Shown piece after piece: positions 58,429-64,000 of a stretch of 64,000 nt of DNA (position 1 is the stretch's first letter; each line of letters begins with the position of its first letter). Origin of the DNA: a virus (Duplodnaviria; Heunggongvirae; Uroviricota; Caudoviricetes; Straboviridae); IMG/VR virus record IMGVR_UViG_2974587864_000001; one strand, 5' to 3'. Below the pieces are notes generated by a model. The model searched no databases. It was not told the origin of the DNA and was given only the letters and a program-made list of their open reading frames with translations. A program made the translations under genes and the position numbers.

Positions 58429-60024
58429 ATGGCGAATAACGAATTCATGGCGTTATTCGGCCCTGATAGTTTCACGGCGAATGTGTTTTCAGAAGCAAAC
58501 GCCGTGAAATATCGCCTTGTTGTCCGTGGAACGAATAACGATTCTGCGGTCAACTCGGTTGAGGTATCTATTAACGGGGCTGATATAATTAACCGAAATG
58601 TACAGCGCGGTCGAGGGATTAACCTTGCTGTTATTGATGGTACAAGTTTGGCTTTGCTGGATTTCAAAACGTTTGATATGTATGGTGATCCTACTACGAA
58701 TGGGACTGCGATTAGTGATTACCTCTCTACACTTCCAGCAAACAGGATTGTGTGTTTCTATACTTTCGATGCAATAAAATCGACTGATGCGTTTTTGAGT
58801 TATATGCGCACGATCGGATCTGTTGCATGGCCTGAAACACGATTCTTTAGCACACCAACAACACCAACAAATAACCCGCAACGTTCATCCTATTCAGCGA
58901 TATATTCATCCACGATGAAAAAAATCTGCATGGAAAACTTTGTGGGTGGTTCTGGTAATGGACTTCGAGACAACACAACGAGTTTTGTTGAAGTTGTATT
59001 TGATGAATTCAGCGATATCGGGGTAACTGGTATTCCAGAAAGAATGGTTGATGATGTTCAGGTATATCAGAATAGCGGCAGTGCTTACGGATTCCATTCT
59101 TACGGAATGTGGGATATCGGTTCTACTGTTTTCTTGGGCGACATCTTCAAGTTCACTGGTGATGTGTATTGCTCGCAAGAACTCCGTGATGCTGGCGGCG
59201 AATGCTATCTCTACATGTGGTCACAGAACGCGTCTGGTCAATGGCTATCCTCTGCGATCCTGCGAACAACTGGGTTAGCTCCCGATCAATGGCATTCTCT
59301 GTCAGGGTATTTCACCATCCCTACAGACGCGCTAAACGTCAAGATGGGCTGTCAGGTATATCATTACCCGTCTACGGTGAAAGTGGGTCTTGCTCAGTGT
59401 CGTAATGTCCAGATCAGTAAAGTTCCACGAACCGAAACCGATCGTAATGGGGCCGCAATTGGTGTCAACGGTATCAGGATGCAAACGCTTTCCGAAGTCG
59501 ATGATACTGGAACCGGAAACCCGATTGATATGCTGCTTTCTCTTCCTGTTTCTCCGTCTGGAACGAACAGTGATAAGAAAATCAGTTCACACAACTTTGC
59601 AGAACTCGATTATATTGTTTCTGATCCGGTTGAATATACTTCGACCAATACGGCAGAATATCAATATAAAGAGTGGACGGCTACACAACAACCATCGGTA
59701 GCAAGGGCGACGTTAAGCAGTTATGGAATGAAACCTGGTGATACTGTACGTATGCAATGCCAAATGAAACGTGATGCAACCGCAATCGCGAATAATAAAG
59801 GCGCGTACATCGTAATGCAGTTCTGGGACGCAAACAATACGTATATCTCTGGAATTAACATGCGTGATGTCGGTACAATCCCGAACATTTATTCATTCTA
59901 CAAAAACGAAGGTGTTATTCCTGCTGGTGCTGTTACTTTCGATTTCGGTTTATACCGTTATCCAAATAACACAAACACAGGTTCGATGTCCGCGAAAGAC
60001 GTTAAACTGTCAATTGTGCGTTAA
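58429..60024 (+). CDS. 35: Long tail fibre hinge gp35, extended by an extra C-terminal domain
   Basis: FMALFG...SEANAVKY start, ILEI-like domain, GVNGIRM motif; 531 aa. Confidence 0.85.
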   Translation: MANNEFMALFGPDSFTANVFSEANAVKYRLVVRGTNNDSAVNSVEVSINGADIINRNVQRGRGINLAVIDGTSLALLDFKTFDMYGDPTTNGTAISDYLSTLPANRIVCFYTFDAIKSTDAFLSYMRTIGSVAWPETRFFSTPTTPTNNPQRSSYSAIYSSTMKKICMENFVGGSGNGLRDNTTSFVEVVFDEFSDIGVTGIPERMVDDVQVYQNSGSAYGFHSYGMWDIGSTVFLGDIFKFTGDVYCSQELRDAGGECYLYMWSQNASGQWLSSAILRTTGLAPDQWHSLSGYFTIPTDALNVKMGCQVYHYPSTVKVGLAQCRNVQISKVPRTETDRNGAAIGVNGIRMQTLSEVDDTGTGNPIDMLLSLPVSPSGTNSDKKISSHNFAELDYIVSDPVEYTSTNTAEYQYKEWTATQQPSVARATLSSYGMKPGDTVRMQCQMKRDATAIANNKGAYIVMQFWDANNTYISGINMRDVGTIPNIYSFYKNEGVIPAGAVTFDFGLYRYPNNTNTGSMSAKDVKLSIVR

Positions 60025-60052
60025 AGGGGCGAAAGCCCCTTTTTCATAAATA
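60025..60052 (+). terminator. Terminator plus late-type promoter CATAAATA
   Basis: AGGGGC-GAAA-GCCCCT-TTTT; CATAAATA 60045-60052. Confidence 0.8.
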
Positions 60053-60075
60053 CAGTCATTACAGGAGAAATTTTT

Positions 60076-62295
60076 ATGGCTGATTTGAAATTAGGTACAA
60101 CGCTGGGTGGTGCGGGTATCTGGAGTGCTTCTAACCTTCCTCTATTGCCCTCTGGTGGACAATTAACGTATAAAGGCTGGAGAGTATACACAGAGAATGA
60201 TCGCCCAACAGCAGAAGATATAAACGCGCTATCGATGATTAACGGCGGTACTGTTGCGAAGAATACTACGTTTAGTCAAAACGTGACTGTAGGTGTACAA
60301 TTAACAGCAACCGTGCTTCAATCTAACCAGTCGGTCGGGATCACTCGAAGTGCTGCTGCTCCGGTTGTTGTTTTCCGTCGACCTGATATTACTGGGGTTC
60401 CTGGTTCGGAATCTGGGTTGATGGACATCAACGCATATAACGGTATTTCTGGCGGACAGCTAGCGGGTGCAATTAATGTGAACGCTCGCACAGACGGAGG
60501 AAACAAAGTATACATCCGTGCGTTTAAAGACGGCACACAAAACACTCTGATTAGTCTGGACTCACAAACCCAACAGGTAACAGTTGAACAGGGTTCTTTC
60601 CGTGTGATTGGGACTTCTAACCTCGGTGTGACGAATGCTGCATCACTTGCTGTTACTGGTGCGATGACTGCAAACACGATTACCCCGACGAACTGGTCAA
60701 ACCATGATGAACGTTATATCACGGGTATTCCTCGCGGTATGTCTGGAACCAGTTTCGGGGCGGCTATTGTTACTGAAAAGAACGATGTTCTGTCAGTTGG
60801 TGGTAACGTAACGGACGGCCCATACGGAAATACTACGTATTACGGTCAGGTTGTCAACTATCGCCGTACTCTGAATACTGGCGTTTCGCTGGTTCAAACG
60901 TACTTCGGGAACGAAATGTGGGTTCGTCTTGGATCTGGTTCACCTGGTGCGTGGTCATGGAACCAGGGCGATGCTAATGGCTGGCGACGTGTTTACGACA
61001 CGGTAACTCCACCAACTCCGGCAGAAGTAGGGGCGGTGAGTCGCACAGGTGATGCAATGACGGGTCAGTTATGGATGTCTGCGGATATCAGTATGCGTGG
61101 AACCGTAAGCCGTCACTTCCGTTTCGAATACTTGAAAAACGATGGTACAACAGCGGTTGATGCGTATATCTATAAAGACGGAGTAGACAACACAAGCCGC
61201 CGTCCTGGTGTTCGTATCAACTGCGGTACGCCTAACCGTGTGAGCGGGAACACGTCAAACTCCGGCGATTTTGTGTTCGGTGAAGATGGTACGTTTACGC
61301 TTCCTGGCGGTGGTATGATCAACCAGGATGGTTTGAACCAGAACGTTTATTGTATGAGTGCATTAAGCACAACATCGACAGGTTCTAAGAATTATCTTCG
61401 TCGCTTCCGTGGTGGTTCTGGTGATGTGATTTTTCATGAAACTGCACAAGGCAATACATGGCGGATTGCGTCGGGAAGTTATGATGCACAGGATGAAATG
61501 GTTCTTTCTACTGCTGGTTCTGGCTGGGTTCGGTATCGCGGAGAAGTTGTTTCACAATCAGCAAACGGATTGAGAATCGCTTACGGTAACGTAGGTTCCT
61601 TTATTCGAAGTGATGGGAACAACACATATTTCCTGTTGACAAACAGCGGGGATGTTTATGGGACTTACAACGGATTGCGCCCGATTTATTTCAGCAACAC
61701 GACAGGTAATGTCACGATGGGACATACGTTGAGTGTTGGCGGACGTATTAGCCAGTCAAATAGTTATATTGATAATGGTCTGTTGAACTTAAATGGTTCT
61801 GGAGATTCACAAATTTATTTCACCAGAAGTGGTGCAAACCCTCGTGATATGAGGTTCTTCCATTCCGGTGATGCTACTCGTGGAAACCGTATAGAACTTG
61901 CTGATACAACATCGTATCTGGTTTATTTTGAGCGTCATCCATCGAGCGGTATTCAATTGGTTATGAACGGCAACGGTAGCTTTAACGATGTGTATATTCG
62001 TTCCGATGAAAGACTGAAAAGCAATTTCGGTAAAATTGAAAATGCACTTGATAAAGTTGAACTGTTGAATGGTGTTGTGTATGACAAAGCCAATCATATC
62101 GGTGGTGATGAAACTACCCGTGAAGCTGGTTTGATTGCACAACAACTGCAAGCAGTATTGCCGGAAGCAGTTAAGAATGGCGTTGATGGTGAACAAAACG
62201 AGATCTTAACTATTTCGCCTGTTGCTGTTATCGCCCTGTTGGTTAATGCGGTCAAGGAACTCCGTGAGGAAGTCAGGGAACTCAAATCCCGCTAA
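60076..62295 (+). CDS. Distal tail fibre A: gp36-type N-terminus fused to a gp37-like shaft and S74 autocleaving chaperone
   Basis: MADLKLGTTLGGAGIW start; KNYLRRFRGG module; SDERLKSN...AGLIAQ.LQAVLPEAV...LLVNAVKEL end. Confidence 0.85.
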   Translation: MADLKLGTTLGGAGIWSASNLPLLPSGGQLTYKGWRVYTENDRPTAEDINALSMINGGTVAKNTTFSQNVTVGVQLTATVLQSNQSVGITRSAAAPVVVFRRPDITGVPGSESGLMDINAYNGISGGQLAGAINVNARTDGGNKVYIRAFKDGTQNTLISLDSQTQQVTVEQGSFRVIGTSNLGVTNAASLAVTGAMTANTITPTNWSNHDERYITGIPRGMSGTSFGAAIVTEKNDVLSVGGNVTDGPYGNTTYYGQVVNYRRTLNTGVSLVQTYFGNEMWVRLGSGSPGAWSWNQGDANGWRRVYDTVTPPTPAEVGAVSRTGDAMTGQLWMSADISMRGTVSRHFRFEYLKNDGTTAVDAYIYKDGVDNTSRRPGVRINCGTPNRVSGNTSNSGDFVFGEDGTFTLPGGGMINQDGLNQNVYCMSALSTTSTGSKNYLRRFRGGSGDVIFHETAQGNTWRIASGSYDAQDEMVLSTAGSGWVRYRGEVVSQSANGLRIAYGNVGSFIRSDGNNTYFLLTNSGDVYGTYNGLRPIYFSNTTGNVTMGHTLSVGGRISQSNSYIDNGLLNLNGSGDSQIYFTRSGANPRDMRFFHSGDATRGNRIELADTTSYLVYFERHPSSGIQLVMNGNGSFNDVYIRSDERLKSNFGKIENALDKVELLNGVVYDKANHIGGDETTREAGLIAQQLQAVLPEAVKNGVDGEQNEILTISPVAVIALLVNAVKELREEVRELKSR

Positions 62296-62297
62296 TT

Positions 62298-62331
62298 AAA
62301 AGCCCTTCGGGGCTTTTTCTTTTTATAAATA
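62298..62331 (+). terminator. UUCG terminator plus late promoter TATAAATA
   Basis: AAAAGCCC-TTCG-GGGCTTTT 62298-62317; TATAAATA 62324-62331. Confidence 0.85.
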
Positions 62332-62358
62332 TCATAAAAGCATTTGAGGATCTTAATA

Positions 62359-64000
62359 ATGGCAGATTTAAAAGCGGGTACTACCGTCGGCGGTAATACT
62401 ATCTGGAGTCAGGCAAATTTGCCTGTTCTCCCGTCTGGAAATACTTTAACATATAAAGGCTTTAAGGTATACACAGAAAACGACAAACCAACAAAAGCCG
62501 AAATCGGATTGGGTAACGTAACGAACGATGCACAGGTGAAGAAAGCTGGCGACGATATGACCGGATCGTTGAATATTACAGGTCAGAATAGTCAACTAAC
62601 TGTTCCTTATCGTTTGTTGATGCAGCGCGCGGTTGCTGGCGATCCATATGTTTTGTTTGTTCGTCCAGATAACAACCCACTTACTAACGGATATCCGTCT
62701 ACAACGCTTCGTGTGATGACTATCACTGCCCGTGCTGCAACAACTGCTGATCCTGTTTCCGGCGCACAACTGGCAAACATTTTGTCAGATCAGACAGCAC
62801 AGGGTAACGGGTCATTAACTCTGCAAGCGTTTGCAGCCCCGAACACGTCTACAGGTGCAAGCGGTGCGCGTACAGCGGAAGTCTATTTGAACGGTAACGG
62901 TCAGTTATCAATGACAGGTTCCGGTTTAACAATCGGGATGCAGACCATTGTAAACGGTACGATTTTCGGTACACAAATGGCTATTAAAGGCGATTCAAAC
63001 CGAAATCTGTTCTTCCAGGATAGCGGCGACAACGAATTGAGTTTGATTTATGCTGATACCGGAAAGAACTTGTATGTTCGTACTGGTGGTGGTGCATATG
63101 CAACTCGTTTTGCTTCTGATGGAACTTTAGTTCTTGCCAATCATCTAACTGTTCCTGGTGTAGCTACATTTAACGGTCAAGCGGTAATGAATAGCCGTTT
63201 GTCGGTGTCTACTGATTATGACACTCAGGGGGCTAACAGTGCGGTTCTTCGTGTAGATACAAGCGGTGATGGAAACGGGGTTGGTGATGGTGTAACCCAT
63301 TTAGGATATAAAGACAGTAACGGGAAATTTAACCATTATTTCCGTGGTACTGGTACATTACATGTTAACACCAAACTTGGTATGAACATCAACGTACCCT
63401 CTTATTATAACGATGTACCGCAAACCACACCAGCACAATATTTTTTGTCAACTGGTACACAGGGCGGGAAAAACTATTTGCGTCAGTTCCGAGGCGGTAA
63501 CGCGGACACAATCTGGCATGAAACTGTTCAGGGTGGTGTGTGGAGACTGGCAACAGGTTCTACCGACGCACAGGAAGAATTACAGGTTTCAACTGCTGGT
63601 TATTGTCGTACTCGTCAGGAATTCCAAAGCACAGCAGTAAAAGGCGACGGTGGACAATTCCGAGCGGTTGCTGGCAACTACGGTTTCATTATCCGTAATG
63701 ATGGTGGTAGCACTTATTTCCTTCTGACAGATTCAGGCGATCCATATGGTTCATGGGGTTCATTACGCCCTATTACAATCAGTAACGGTAATGGTGTTGT
63801 TTCTATCGCAAACGGCGCGAACATTAACGGTTCTGTTAACTTTGGCAACGCGGTAAACTTCAACGGCACGGTCGAAACAAACGGTATTGGTTGTGGTACG
63901 CCAAACGGATTGGGTACGACTGGTATTTCTCTGGGTGATAACGATACAGGTTTCAACCAGGAAGGTGATGGTATTCTCAACGCCTATGCAAATAGCCAGC
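62359..64000 (+). CDS. Distal tail fibre B (partial, runs off the window), also with a gp36-type N-terminus
   Basis: Manual translation open to the window end: MADLKAGTTVGGNTIWSQANLPVLPSG...KNYLRQFRGG...YFLLTDSGD...SLGDNDTG; SD GAGGA. Confidence 0.85.
   Translation, partial: MADLKAGTTVGGNTIWSQANLPVLPSGNTLTYKGFKVYTENDKPTKAEIGLGNVTNDAQVKKAGDDMTGSLNITGQNSQLTVPYRLLMQRAVAGDPYVLFVRPDNNPLTNGYPSTTLRVMTITARAATTADPVSGAQLANILSDQTAQGNGSLTLQAFAAPNTSTGASGARTAEVYLNGNGQLSMTGSGLTIGMQTIVNGTIFGTQMAIKGDSNRNLFFQDSGDNELSLIYADTGKNLYVRTGGGAYATRFASDGTLVLANHLTVPGVATFNGQAVMNSRLSVSTDYDTQGANSAVLRVDTSGDGNGVGDGVTHLGYKDSNGKFNHYFRGTGTLHVNTKLGMNINVPSYYNDVPQTTPAQYFLSTGTQGGKNYLRQFRGGNADTIWHETVQGGVWRLATGSTDAQEELQVSTAGYCRTRQEFQSTAVKGDGGQFRAVAGNYGFIIRNDGGSTYFLLTDSGDPYGSWGSLRPITISNGNGVVSIANGANINGSVNFGNAVNFNGTVETNGIGCGTPNGLGTTGISLGDNDTGFNQEGDGILNAYANSQ

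Overview
A 64-kb segment of a T4-like (Tevenvirinae/Straboviridae) myophage genome. The gp23 sequence, Ig-tipped fibritin, dam/NAMPT content and gene order suggest the pseudo-T-even RB43/RB16/KP15-type group (inference). 1-27 kb is the conserved late morphogenesis block (gp6 end, gp7-12, wac, gp13-24). 27-32 kb is the uvsY/uvsW/inh/hoc block, inverted relative to T4. 31-54 kb is an accessory and nucleotide-metabolism region: HADs, P-loop kinase, PolB-like protein, ART-like protein, Rnl2, SLOG, frameshifted NAMPT, dam, nrdC/D/G/H, PspA-like protein and an SF2-like helicase. 54.7-64 kb holds the long tail fibre genes. Five free-standing homing-endonuclease-like genes are present. I found no tRNA, rRNA or CRISPR array. 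The most striking unexplained items are: (1) a ~220-bp symmetric element upstream of uvsY, with four 15-bp iterons, a 26-nt pure A/T core and two mirror-image outward sigma70 promoters, a candidate origin possibly paired with the non-T4 SF2 helicase; (2) a 289-aa protein with gap-free family-B polymerase motif spacing but mutated catalytic residues; (3) two tandem distal tail fibre genes that each begin with a gp36 module; (4) an NAD/RNA-end-handling gene cluster; (5) a kinase with a capsid-targeting-like N-terminus; (6) a PspA/ESCRT-III-like gene. All homology calls come from motifs recognised by eye and recalled family knowledge; no database search was run.
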